The notes: generated by a model from the letters alone, not told the origin. DNA of 64,000 bases from an uncultured Chloroflexia bacterium (GCA_963721765.1 CAVRJP010000001.1:78878-142877); one strand, 5' to 3'. Counted from the stretch's first letter, positions 9,047 through 17,817 are shown. Numbers and translations: made by a program.

Positions 9047-9580
9047 ATGGCAGCGGCACGCAAGAAGACGACGAACGCATCGGCCGGCGGGCCATCGACC
9101 GGTGGGCCAACCGGCCCATCGACAACCTGCCCGTGGTGCTCGGCGACCGTTCCCGCGGCGGCCGCCACGTGCCCGTCCTGCGGGGCATCCCTGCACGAGG
9201 CGGCCGAGGGCGAGGTGCTCGGCGTCACCCAGGTGGACCTGGGCGCGGTCTCGCGCGCCGGACGGATCAACCCGGGCCGCCTCGCGACGTGGCTCGGGGC
9301 GGAGAAGCCGGCCGACTCCTCCGACCTGGGCGGGCGCATCGAGCCGCCGTCGGAGGAAGTCCGCAAGGAGATGCTGCGCCTGGAGCTCGCCGCGCTCGAT
9401 GCGGAGCTGGAGGTCCAGAAGGCGCAGGCGGAGGCCCAGCGGGACCTGCTCTCCGGCGAGAGCCCGGTGGGCGTCACTTCGGCGCCAACTCCCGAGGCTG
9501 CGACGGCAATCAACCCTGCCGAGGACGATCGCCCGGACGTCACCACGAACGAGGACGCCCCGGAGGCGAAGTCCGGCTAG
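9047..9580 (+). CDS. Zinc-ribbon protein with coiled-coil and acidic tail, unknown function
   Basis: ATG at 9047 within track ORF 9032..9580 gives MAAARKK...CPWCSATVPAAAATCPSCGASL, then EEVRKEMLRLELAALDAELEVQKAQAEAQ. Third-position G+C is high throughout. Confidence 0.55.
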   Translation: MAAARKKTTNASAGGPSTGGPTGPSTTCPWCSATVPAAAATCPSCGASLHEAAEGEVLGVTQVDLGAVSRAGRINPGRLATWLGAEKPADSSDLGGRIEPPSEEVRKEMLRLELAALDAELEVQKAQAEAQRDLLSGESPVGVTSAPTPEAATAINPAEDDRPDVTTNEDAPEAKSG

Positions 9581-9585
9581 GCGCG

Positions 9586-10056
9586 ATGCCCGAGCAGATG
9601 TCGGAGCGCCTGCCCGCTCCCGGGCCTTCGTTCCTCCGCGAGCAGGAGCTCCGCGCCGGCGATCTCACGCTGTCGGTGGGCATGGGCAGGCCGTCGACGC
9701 CGGCGGACGACTGGTGGACCGCGGTCCTGTGGGTGGCCGCCGCCGATGGCCTGGCGACGTTCGTCGAGCTCGCACCCGCCGCGGGGCCACCGCCCGAGCC
9801 ACCCCTCGCGCGCCTCGGACCGTCCCTCGCGGGCGGGCTGTCCGGCCTCATCCTGGAGGACGCGGGGCGGCTCCAGATCCGCCTCGGGCTGGCCATCCCG
9901 CCGGCCGACCCGGAGCGGCCGTGGCGCTGCCCAGCGGTCGTTCGAGCGGCGTTCCGGTGGGAGCCGGCTCGCGCTGCCGCCATGCGACCGAACGCGCTGG
10001 CGACCGAGGTGCTGACGGCATTCCGGCGGGCGATCGAGGGCCTTGGTCGTCGCTAG
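9586..10056 (+). CDS. Hypothetical soluble protein
   Basis: ATG at 9586, 6 nt after the preceding stop and in frame with track ORF 9133..10056. Codon third positions are strongly G/C. I recognise no motif. Confidence 0.45.
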   Translation: MPEQMSERLPAPGPSFLREQELRAGDLTLSVGMGRPSTPADDWWTAVLWVAAADGLATFVELAPAAGPPPEPPLARLGPSLAGGLSGLILEDAGRLQIRLGLAIPPADPERPWRCPAVVRAAFRWEPARAAAMRPNALATEVLTAFRRAIEGLGRR

Positions 10057-10134
10057 CCCAGCCGGCGGCGGGAGCCGCCGGAACCGACGCTATCCTCGGG
10101 CCGTCCGGGGCGTCATCGGCAGGAAGGAGCGCGG

Positions 10135-11109
10135 GTGACCTTGAGCTGGGGCGCTTCGATGCGGTCGGCTCTTGCCTCCACGCTCGCGCATCCCGAATGG
10201 TGGGCGATCGCGCTCGCCGGCTTCCTGGTCCGCGGCGGGATCCTCATCGTCCTCCTCCCGATCATCACCCTCCCGACCGCGGCCAGCGTGACGACCAGCC
10301 TGGCGCCGCCGATCGAGGCGCTGCTCCTCGGTCGCCCGTCCCTCGAGGGCGTCGTCCTCGTGACCATCGCCCTGGCGTTGATCCTCGTTGGGCTCGCTGC
10401 CCTGGGCATCGCCGGCTCGTGGTTCGACCTGGTGCTTACACGCGAGGCGGCCGCCGACGAGGAGCTCGAGGTCGACTGGAGCCAGGCTCGCGGATCGACG
10501 TTGCCCGCATTCGCGGCGCGGATCGGGGCACATGCGCCGACGCTCGTGGCGCTCGCCTACGCCGGGCTCCGCCTCGGTACCGCGACCTACGACGAGCTGC
10601 TGTCACCCGGCGACGCCTCGCTGCCGCTGGCGGCACGGGTGGTCCTGCGCGCACCGGATGCGATCGTCGTCGTGCTCGTCACGTGGCTGGTCGCGGAGGC
10701 GGCCGGCGGGCTGGCCGCGCGCCGTGCGGGAGCCGGCGAGCCCGTTTGGCGATCGCTGCGCAGTGCGTACCGGGGTGTCGTCGGTCGGCGCGGCGTGGCG
10801 ACCCTGCTGCTCACCAGCGCCGTCGTTGCGGCGATCGCAGTGCCATTCGTGCTTGCCGCCGGCCGCTCCTGGGAGCGCGTCCGGGCGTACCTGATCGACG
10901 AGGTGCCCCCGATCGACCTCGGCGCCGCGCTTGTCCTGCTCGTCGGGACGGTCGTGCTCGGGTTGGCGGTCCTGGGCGGCGCCCTCGCCTGGCGAGCGAC
11001 CGCCTGGACGACGCACCTGTCGACGCGACGCGCTCGCGATGCCGAACCGGAGCCGGGTCCTGGTTCCGGGGCGGCGTCAGTGGCGGCCGGCGAGGGTGCC
11101 ACGGGCTGA
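10135..11109 (+). CDS. Polytopic membrane protein, unknown function
   Basis: GTG at 10135 is preceded by AGGAAGGAG. The 324-aa product has several long hydrophobic segments (WWAIALAGFLVRGGILIVLLPIITL, VVLVTIALALILVGLAALGIAG, and others). Confidence 0.6.
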   Translation: MTLSWGASMRSALASTLAHPEWWAIALAGFLVRGGILIVLLPIITLPTAASVTTSLAPPIEALLLGRPSLEGVVLVTIALALILVGLAALGIAGSWFDLVLTREAAADEELEVDWSQARGSTLPAFAARIGAHAPTLVALAYAGLRLGTATYDELLSPGDASLPLAARVVLRAPDAIVVVLVTWLVAEAAGGLAARRAGAGEPVWRSLRSAYRGVVGRRGVATLLLTSAVVAAIAVPFVLAAGRSWERVRAYLIDEVPPIDLGAALVLLVGTVVLGLAVLGGALAWRATAWTTHLSTRRARDAEPEPGPGSGAASVAAGEGATG

Positions 11110-11131
11110 CGAACCGCGATCGGCCGCGCCG

Positions 11132-11170
11132 ACACCCTCGAAGGACACCCTCGAAGGATGCCCTCGAATG
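11132..11170. repeat. 13-bp tandem repeat x3 (ACACCCTCGAAGG, ACACCCTCGAAGG, ATGCCCTCGAATG), immediately followed by palindrome GACGCC-GCC-GGCGTC (11170-11184)
   Basis: Read directly from the intergenic sequence between the membrane-protein gene (stop 11109) and the next gene (start 11310). Confidence 0.85.
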
Positions 11171-11309
11171 ACGCCGCCGGCGTCACGAAACCGCTGCGTC
11201 GGGCGTCCGTACGATCACGCTGGGCCGGATTCGGCCCCTGTTACACTGCCCGCCGGTCGACGCGGTCATTCGCCGCGACGGCTCTCGAGACGGAGGCGCC
11301 GCACGGCGA

Positions 11310-11939
11310 ATGGAAGAGATCTTCGACGCGATCGGCGATGCGATCGGCTCGATCTTCAACAACCCGGTCGTGCAGCTGGCGATCCAGCTGGGCGTCATCT
11401 ACTGGATCATCCTGTGGCTGGCCGCGGCGTACTGGGCATTCCGCGACATGCAGTCGCGCAGCGACAACCCGCTCGCGCCGTACCTCGCCGCCGCGTTCGT
11501 CATCGTTTTCACGCCGGTCCTCTTCCCGCTGGCCGTGTTCACCTACCGGATCATCCGGCCGCAGGAGCGCATCGGCGACGTCTACGAGCGGAACCTCGCC
11601 GAGGAGGCGATGCTCTCCGAGATCGAGGCGATCCCCCACTGCCCGAGCTGCGACCGGCGGGTCGACTCGTCGTGGATCATCTGTCCGACCTGTCGAACCC
11701 GGCTCAATCGGGTCTGCCCGAACTGCACCCGCCTGGTTGGCCTCGACTGGTCGCTCTGCGCCTGGTGCGGTCGCGAGTTCGAGCGGCCCGACCTCATCGC
11801 CGCGAGCTCGGCGGCGCCGATCGTCAGCCTGCCCACGCGGGAGGCGCTGCCGGCCGGTGACCACGAGACAGTGAACGAGCGCGTTCGCGCCACGGTCCGG
11901 GCGCCGCGCCGCGCGTCCGACCAGCGCGCCGAGGGTTGA
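11310..11939 (+). CDS. Membrane protein with C-terminal double zinc ribbon
   Basis: 209 aa. Two TM helices: VVQLAIQLGVIYWIILWLAAAYW and YLAAAFVIVFTPVLFPLAVF. Then CPSCDRRV...CPTCRTRLNRVCPNCTRLV...CAWCG. A GGAGG lies upstream of the ATG. Confidence 0.7.
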   Translation: MEEIFDAIGDAIGSIFNNPVVQLAIQLGVIYWIILWLAAAYWAFRDMQSRSDNPLAPYLAAAFVIVFTPVLFPLAVFTYRIIRPQERIGDVYERNLAEEAMLSEIEAIPHCPSCDRRVDSSWIICPTCRTRLNRVCPNCTRLVGLDWSLCAWCGREFERPDLIAASSAAPIVSLPTREALPAGDHETVNERVRATVRAPRRASDQRAEG

Positions 11940-12961
11940 CCGAACCTCCTCCGACCGAGGAGGCCGCCGAGGCGGCCACTCCCGAAGCCTCGTCGTCGCT
12001 GAACCCGGCCCCGCCGGTGCTCGGACTGACGACCTTCACCATCGCGAATCGTCGCGCCCCGGCGATCTTCGTCGTGGGCTGGATCTCGGCGCTGGTGGGC
12101 GGCGGCCTCGTCGTCACCGGCGGCCTCGGCGGCGATGGCGCAGGCGCGCAGATCTTCACGGTCCTCGGCCTCGCGGGCCTCGGGCTCGGCCTGCTCCTCC
12201 TCGCCGGCGCCCAGGCAATCGAGCGCCGAGCGGCGGGGCTCGTCTACAGCGGCCCCTCGCCGGTGCTCGTGTTCGCGGCCGTCGTCGCGACGCTGCCGCT
12301 GGCCGGGTTCCTCATCGGGACGCCGCTCGTGGCACTCGGCATCGAGCTCCCGGTCGGGCTGGGCGACCTCCTGGCCGTCGTCGTCCAGGGCGTCGTGTTC
12401 CTCGGCGTCGTCCGGCTCACCGTCGTCGGCCAGGGTGCGCTGAGCTGGTCGGAGATGGGCCTCACGCGTGGGGCCGAGGACGCGGTTCGCGGCCTGTTCG
12501 GCGGGGCCGTCTACGCGTTGCCGGTCATCCTCGTCACGGGCGTCCTCGCGGCGCTCGCGGTCCAGGTCGCGGGCGTGACGCCGCCGAGCCCGCTGCCGCC
12601 AACCGGCACGACCGAGGGCCTGGTCCTGCACCTCCTTGCCGGAGCTGTGATCGCGCCGGCGTACGAGGAGATCGTGTTCCGGGGCTTCGCCTTGACGGCC
12701 TGGCGCCGGACGGTCGGCCCGTGGGCGGCGATCGCGCGTTCGTCCGCGCTGTTCGTCCTCGCGCACGCACTGTTCGTCGGCGGCGACTCCTTCGCCGAGG
12801 CAGCCTCGCTCGCGGTCGTGGCGGGCGTGGTGCGCATCCCGATCGCCATCGCCCTCGGCTGGCTGTTCGTGCGGAGCGGCTCGATCTGGGCGCCGATCGG
12901 GCTGCACGCCGCGTTCAACGGCATCCTCATCGTGATCGCGGAATCCGCCGCTGCCGCGTGA
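11936..12961 (+). CDS. CPBP-family (CAAX/Abi, Rce1-like) intramembrane metalloprotease
   Basis: 341 aa, polytopic. Motifs: APAYEEIVFRGF, ...SSALFVLAHAL..., ...IGLHAAFNG. TTGA overlap with the preceding stop, so the start is uncertain. Confidence 0.8.
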   Translation: MTEPPPTEEAAEAATPEASSSLNPAPPVLGLTTFTIANRRAPAIFVVGWISALVGGGLVVTGGLGGDGAGAQIFTVLGLAGLGLGLLLLAGAQAIERRAAGLVYSGPSPVLVFAAVVATLPLAGFLIGTPLVALGIELPVGLGDLLAVVVQGVVFLGVVRLTVVGQGALSWSEMGLTRGAEDAVRGLFGGAVYALPVILVTGVLAALAVQVAGVTPPSPLPPTGTTEGLVLHLLAGAVIAPAYEEIVFRGFALTAWRRTVGPWAAIARSSALFVLAHALFVGGDSFAEAASLAVVAGVVRIPIAIALGWLFVRSGSIWAPIGLHAAFNGILIVIAESAAAA

Positions 12962-13154
12962 CCCTGGTGGCCCGGTGGCCTGGATTGATCCGCGGGTGAG
13001 CGGCGCGATGACCGGCGGGTGAGCGTCGCTGCGTAGCCTCGTCCTCGTCTCCGGGTCCGGATGGCGGGGGGAATCGGCGGGCTTCCGTCGTCCGGGCTCG
13101 GAGGCGCCGCTCCGCGGCTGTCGACCCTGATCCGACCGTCCGAGGGGAGCGGCC

Positions 13155-13916
13155 ATGTCCGTGGGCGAAGGACCGATCCCGTTCGAGATCGCGGCGGCTC
13201 GAGGTCGCCGCATCCGCGAGCTGCCGGCGACGGAGCGGCCGCGAGAGCGCCTCCAGCTCCGGGGCGCAGCCGGCCTGACTGCCGCCGAGCTCATCGGGCT
13301 GCTTTGGGGCTCCGGAACGGCCGGTCGGTCGGCGATCGACCTGGCCAGCGAGGTGCTGGGCCGCTTCGACGGCCTGTCCGGCGTCGCCCGCGCGAGCGGA
13401 CCGGAGCTGGAGGCCGTACCGGGCATCGGCGAGGCCCGCGCCGCACAGCTCCAGGCCGCGTTCGAGCTGGGCCGGCGCCTCCTCGCGGACTGGCCGGCGG
13501 GCCGCTGGTCGATCCGCTCGCCGCGCGACGTCGCGGATCGGCTGGTCCTGCAGATGGGCCGGCTGGAGCGCGAGGAGCTGCGGGTCGTGATCCTGAACAC
13601 GAAGAACGCGGTCCTGCGCGTCGTCACGGCGTACCAGGGCAACGTCAGCGCCTCGCTGGTGCGCGTCGGCGAGCTGTTCCGGGACGCGGTGCGGCTGGAC
13701 GCGGCGGGCGTGATCCTGGTCCACAACCACCCATCGGGCGACCCGACACCGTCACCCGACGACCTGCACCTCACCGCCGAGGCGCTCGCCGCCGGCCGGC
13801 TGCTGGACATCGAGGTGCTCGACCACCTCGTCATCGGCCACGACGCCTACGTCTCGTTGCGCGACCGCGGCATCGCCTTCGATCGCCTCGGGCCGAGGAC
13901 GCCGCCCGCCGCCTGA
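13155..13916 (+). CDS. radC: RadC-family (JAB/MPN domain) protein
   Basis: 253 aa. Reads ERPRERL...LTAAELIGLLWGSG...IDLA...LEAVPGIGEARAAQL... and the JAMM motif ILVHNHPSGDPTPSPDD. GAGGGGAG lies upstream of the ATG. Confidence 0.9.
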   Translation: MSVGEGPIPFEIAAARGRRIRELPATERPRERLQLRGAAGLTAAELIGLLWGSGTAGRSAIDLASEVLGRFDGLSGVARASGPELEAVPGIGEARAAQLQAAFELGRRLLADWPAGRWSIRSPRDVADRLVLQMGRLEREELRVVILNTKNAVLRVVTAYQGNVSASLVRVGELFRDAVRLDAAGVILVHNHPSGDPTPSPDDLHLTAEALAAGRLLDIEVLDHLVIGHDAYVSLRDRGIAFDRLGPRTPPAA

Positions 13917-14055
13917 CATCGCTTCGCGGGCACGTGCAGGTCCGCGAGTCCATCGGGAGGCGCGGCTATACTGCCGTCCCGCGCCCACTCCGTGCGGGAG
14001 CCCTCCCCGACCGCTCGGCCGATCTCCACCACCCACGAGGAACGCACCCCTGGGC

Positions 14056-15108
14056 ATGCTCGACCGCCTCCTCGGCCTGTTCTCCCGGGACATCGGGATC
14101 GACCTCGGCACGGCGAACACGCTCGTGCACGTCAGGGATCGGGGCATCGTCATCAGTGAGCCATCCGTCGTCGCCATCGAGGCGCGCACGAAGCGCGTGC
14201 TCGCGATCGGCGCCGAGGCGAAGCGGATGGTCGGCCGGACGCCGGCGAACATCATCGCCATCCGCCCGCTGCGCGACGGCGTCATCAGCGATTTCGACGT
14301 GACCGAGCAGATGATCCGGTACTTCGTCGACAAGGTGCACGACCGGATCGGGCTGCTGCCCCGACCCCGGATGATCGTCGGCATCCCGTCGGGCGTCACC
14401 GAGGTCGAGAAGCGCGCCGTGCTCGACGCCGCGCTCAACTCCGGTGCCCGGTGGGCCCGCCTGATCGAGGAGCCGATGGCGGCGGCGATCGGCGCCGGCC
14501 TCCCGGTCAGCGAGCCGTCTGGCAGCCTCATCGTCGACATCGGCGGCGGCACGACCGAGGTCGCCGTCATCAGCCTCGGCGGCATCGTCGTAAGCCGGAG
14601 CATCCGCATCGGCGGCGACGAGATGGACGTCGACATCGTCAACTTCGCGCGGCGCGAGTACAACCTGTACCTCGGCGAGCGGACGGCCGAGGACATCAAG
14701 ATCGCCATCGGGTCGGCGTCGCCCGGCGAGTGGGATTCGGGCCGCGTCAACCTCCGTGGGCGCGATCTGCTCACCGGCCTGCCCCGAAGCGTCGAGGTCG
14801 GCGCGGACCAGATCCGGGAGGCCATCGAGCCGTCGGTGCAGCAGATCGTCGACACCATCCGGGACACGATCGAGGAGACACCGCCCGAGCTCGTCGCGGA
14901 CATCATGGACCAGGGCATCGTCCTCGCCGGCGGCGGGGCGCTCCTCGCCGGTCTCGACAAGCGCGTCGCCGAGGCGACGCAGATGCCGGTCCACGTCGCC
15001 GACGACCCGCTCACGTGCGTCGTCCGGGGCACCGGCGTGGTGCTCCAGGATCTCGACGCGATGACCCGGGTCCTCGTGACCGAGACGTACTCCCGGCCGC
15101 TTCGATGA
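14056..15108 (+). CDS. mreB: Rod-shape-determining actin homologue MreB
   Basis: 350 aa. Reads DIGIDLGTANTLV...PSVVA...AIGAEAKRMVGRTPANI..IRPLRDGVI.DF...VIGVPSGVTEVEKRAV...LIEEPMAAAIGAGLP...DIGGGTTEVAVISLGG. Confidence 0.95.
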   Translation: MLDRLLGLFSRDIGIDLGTANTLVHVRDRGIVISEPSVVAIEARTKRVLAIGAEAKRMVGRTPANIIAIRPLRDGVISDFDVTEQMIRYFVDKVHDRIGLLPRPRMIVGIPSGVTEVEKRAVLDAALNSGARWARLIEEPMAAAIGAGLPVSEPSGSLIVDIGGGTTEVAVISLGGIVVSRSIRIGGDEMDVDIVNFARREYNLYLGERTAEDIKIAIGSASPGEWDSGRVNLRGRDLLTGLPRSVEVGADQIREAIEPSVQQIVDTIRDTIEETPPELVADIMDQGIVLAGGGALLAGLDKRVAEATQMPVHVADDPLTCVVRGTGVVLQDLDAMTRVLVTETYSRPLR

Positions 15109-15158
15109 CCCGGGCTCGGTGATCGGCGGAGCCCAGCTCCGCGGGTGAGAATCTCGAC

Positions 15159-16124
15159 ATGACGACCCTCCTCGCGAGCCGCACGGTCCGGCGCCGAGCA
15201 GCGGCCTACGCAATCCTCCTGGGCATCTCGCTCGTGCTGATGTCGGTCTCCGCCAACCCGCTGGTCCGCGACCTCCAGCACGGGATCGCGTTCGCGTTCC
15301 GGCCGATCCAGGTCGCCGTCGACGGCGTTGCCGACAACGTCCGCTCGATCTTCACGACGATCTCGGAGATTGACCAGCTCCGACGCGAGAACGCCCTGCT
15401 TCGTGCGGACAACGAGCTGCTCGACACCGACAGCCGGAGCGCGCAGGAGCTCAAGCGCCAGAACGAGCTCCTGACGGCGCTGCTCCAGCTCCGGAACGGG
15501 CTCAAGTACCAGACCCGCACGGTCACGGTGATCGCCCGTGAATCGTCCGAGGCGCGGCGCGCCGTCGTCATCGACCGGGGCACCGATGACGGCATCGCCG
15601 TGGGCCAGGTCGTGATCGGCGCCGGGGGCTCGCTGATCGGCCGCGTCGTCGAGGTCGGGTCGACGATCGCCCACGTCGTCCTGATCAGCGACTCGACGTC
15701 GACCGTCACCGGGCAGCTCCTATCGAGCGCCGCAACGGGCAAGGTCGTCGGCCAGCTGGGCGGGGCGCTCGTCATGACCGACATCGACGCAGCCGCCGCG
15801 GTGACCATCGGCGAGGAGGTCTTCACCGCCGGGATCGAGCTCGGCGGCGGCATCCGCTCGCCCTACCCCAAGGGCCTCCTCGTCGGCCAGGTCGTCGACA
15901 AGCGGCGGGATCCGAACGAGGTCGTCCAGACGGTCTTCCTGGAGCCCGCGGCGCCCCTCGACCGGCTCGAGTTCCTGCTCGTCATCACCGACTACGAGGG
16001 CGGCATCCTCGGCCCGATCGAGACCGGGATCCCGTGCGACCCAACCGACGGCGGCACGCTGCCGGATTCGGACGAGCCATGCGCCACCGAGGCGCCCGAA
16101 GGGACCGGTCCTGCCCGGCCGTAG
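15159..16124 (+). CDS. mreC: Rod-shape-determining protein MreC
   Basis: 321 aa. N-terminal TM segment, then coiled coil (IDQLRRENALLRADNELLD...ELKRQNELL), then beta-barrel part (...GIAVGQVVIGAGG.LIGRVVEVGSTIAHVVLISD...TAGIE....PYPKGLLVGQV). Lies directly after mreB. Confidence 0.85.
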   Translation: MTTLLASRTVRRRAAAYAILLGISLVLMSVSANPLVRDLQHGIAFAFRPIQVAVDGVADNVRSIFTTISEIDQLRRENALLRADNELLDTDSRSAQELKRQNELLTALLQLRNGLKYQTRTVTVIARESSEARRAVVIDRGTDDGIAVGQVVIGAGGSLIGRVVEVGSTIAHVVLISDSTSTVTGQLLSSAATGKVVGQLGGALVMTDIDAAAAVTIGEEVFTAGIELGGGIRSPYPKGLLVGQVVDKRRDPNEVVQTVFLEPAAPLDRLEFLLVITDYEGGILGPIETGIPCDPTDGGTLPDSDEPCATEAPEGTGPARP

Positions 16125-16175
16125 CCACTGCGCCACCCTGGGCCGTGGCCCTCAGGCACCACGGATCGGATCGTG

Positions 16176-16189
16176 TTGCCCCGGGGCAA
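16176..16189. repeat. Perfect 14-nt palindrome TTGCCCCGGGGCAA between mreC and the next gene
   Basis: Read directly from the sequence, 52 nt after the mreC stop. It could be a short hairpin or an operator. No U-tract follows. Confidence 0.7.
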
Positions 16190-16329
16190 TCGCACCAGCC
16201 CCACCCGAGCGCACCGGACCCCACGCCCACCCCGGTCGCCCCATGACGGATTGTTCATTGAGCGCGAGGCGGCCCCCGGGCGACGCTGCGGCGGCACTCA
16301 TCAGCACCCAGAATTGGAGAGTCCCCGTC

Positions 16330-17817
16330 ATGCGTGCCCGAACCCCGTTTGCGGCTGCCCTCGCCGCCCTCCTCGCGCTTGCCCCGATCCTCGCCCTCCC
16401 CGTCCTCGGTCGCTCGGTCGCGCCCGATTCAGGGGTCCTCGAGGGCGTCGCGGTGGTCGGTGCGCCCAAGGTCGTCATCGTCGTCGGCGCGACCCACGAG
16501 AGCACCGACGGCTACCGCGAGGATGCGGAAGAGTTCTACGCCGAGGCGATCAAGTACACGCCCAACGTGGTTCGGGTGTACAGCCCCAACGCGACGTGGG
16601 CGAAGGTCAAGGCGGCGGCGCAGGGGGCCTCGATCCTGATCTACCTCGGCCACGGCTCCGGCTATCCGAAGACGCTCAACGCCGTGTTCGACCCGAAGAA
16701 CAGCGACGGGATGGGCCTCAACTCCAAGAAGCATCCGAGCGATAACGTCGCCAAGTACTACGGCGAGTACTACATGTCCAACTACATCCGGCTGGCGAAG
16801 AACGCCGTGGTGCTCCTGAAGGGGCTGTGCTACGCGTCGGGCAACTCCGAGCGAGGCAATCCCGAGCCCACCTACGCGGTGGCCCGCGAGCGAATCGACA
16901 ACTTCGCCTCGGGCTTCCTCCGGGCAGGGGCCCGGACGGTCATCGCCGACACCTCGAACTGGGGCGTCATCAGCTACATCCAGAGCATCTTCACCACCGA
17001 CCAGACCATCGGCGACATGTGGGCGAACGCCCCCAGCAACAACGACCACCAGATGGGCTTCGTCCCGGTGCGCAACCCGGCCTATTCGGCCGCGATGGAT
17101 CCGCGCGGCTGGACCTCCACCTTCCACCGTTCCATCGTCGGCGCCTTTGACATGCGCACGACCGACGTCGTCGCCGGCGCCGGTGCGGCGGCGACGGGCA
17201 GCGCGCCGAGCCTGTGGTCCGTGGACGGCCCGACGATGATCACGCCCAACTTCGACGGCGTCGCCGACAGGCTCAATCTGGTCGCGCGGTTCTCGAGCTC
17301 GGCTTCGTGGAGCGTCCAGATCCGCAATTCCGGCGGCGACGTCGTGCGGACCCAGTCGGGAGGCGGTCACCAGGCGTTCATCACCTGGGACGCACTCCCC
17401 GGGGGCCACCCAGCGCCCGCGGGCAGCTACTCGTGGCATCTGCACGCCTCGAACGGGAACGGCAGCACCGACGAGAGCGGCTCCTTCAGCGTGAGCAATC
17501 AGCCCACGCCCGACACGGGCGTCCTGTCGCTCAAGCCGAACACGACGTTGACCAGGTCCTCGACGATCACCTACACGCTCAAGTTCGCCGCCCCGGTCGC
17601 CGGGCTCAGCGCCGGTGACCTGCGGCGCACCGGAACGGCGATGAAGTGCAAGGTGCAAACGCCCACCGGCGGCCCGACGCTGTACACGATCCGGGTCACG
17701 AACTGCACCCACGGGTGGGTGATCCTGAGGCTGAACCAGGACACGGTCACCGGGGCATCGAGTGCCGTCGGTCCGCTCGGGCCGATCGTGGCGGCCAAGG
17801 TCAAGATCAAGCGGTAG
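16330..17817 (+). CDS. Secreted protein: N-terminal clan-CD-like (gingipain/caspase-fold) His/Cys domain, FlgD_Ig-like domain, C-terminal Ig-like module
   Basis: ATG at 16330 (GGAGAG 8 nt upstream) within track ORF 16243..17817. Signal peptide: MRARTPFAAALAALLALAPILALPVLG. His/Cys context: ASILIYLGHGSGYP (His codon 16651) and AVVLLKGLCYASGNS (Cys codon 16828). The segment ITPNFDGVADRLNL...SWSVQIRNSGGDVV...YSWHL resembles FlgD_Ig. Confidence 0.7.
   Translation: MRARTPFAAALAALLALAPILALPVLGRSVAPDSGVLEGVAVVGAPKVVIVVGATHESTDGYREDAEEFYAEAIKYTPNVVRVYSPNATWAKVKAAAQGASILIYLGHGSGYPKTLNAVFDPKNSDGMGLNSKKHPSDNVAKYYGEYYMSNYIRLAKNAVVLLKGLCYASGNSERGNPEPTYAVARERIDNFASGFLRAGARTVIADTSNWGVISYIQSIFTTDQTIGDMWANAPSNNDHQMGFVPVRNPAYSAAMDPRGWTSTFHRSIVGAFDMRTTDVVAGAGAAATGSAPSLWSVDGPTMITPNFDGVADRLNLVARFSSSASWSVQIRNSGGDVVRTQSGGGHQAFITWDALPGGHPAPAGSYSWHLHASNGNGSTDESGSFSVSNQPTPDTGVLSLKPNTTLTRSSTITYTLKFAAPVAGLSAGDLRRTGTAMKCKVQTPTGGPTLYTIRVTNCTHGWVILRLNQDTVTGASSAVGPLGPIVAAKVKIKR

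Noticed and set aside
6564-9188. 874-aa minus-strand ORF
   Set aside because: It is antisense to guaA and to the lipoprotein gene. It has no motifs and a low-complexity Arg/Asp/Gly composition, a typical shadow ORF.
13967-13972. TATACT hexamer as the -10 element of an mreB promoter
   Set aside because: It is an isolated hexamer with no convincing -35 partner at 16-18 nt spacing. It is not enough to call a promoter.
16125-16329. Hidden mreD gene after mreC
   Set aside because: No frame in this 205-nt gap encodes a hydrophobic ORF of useful length. MreD normally needs about 160 codons.
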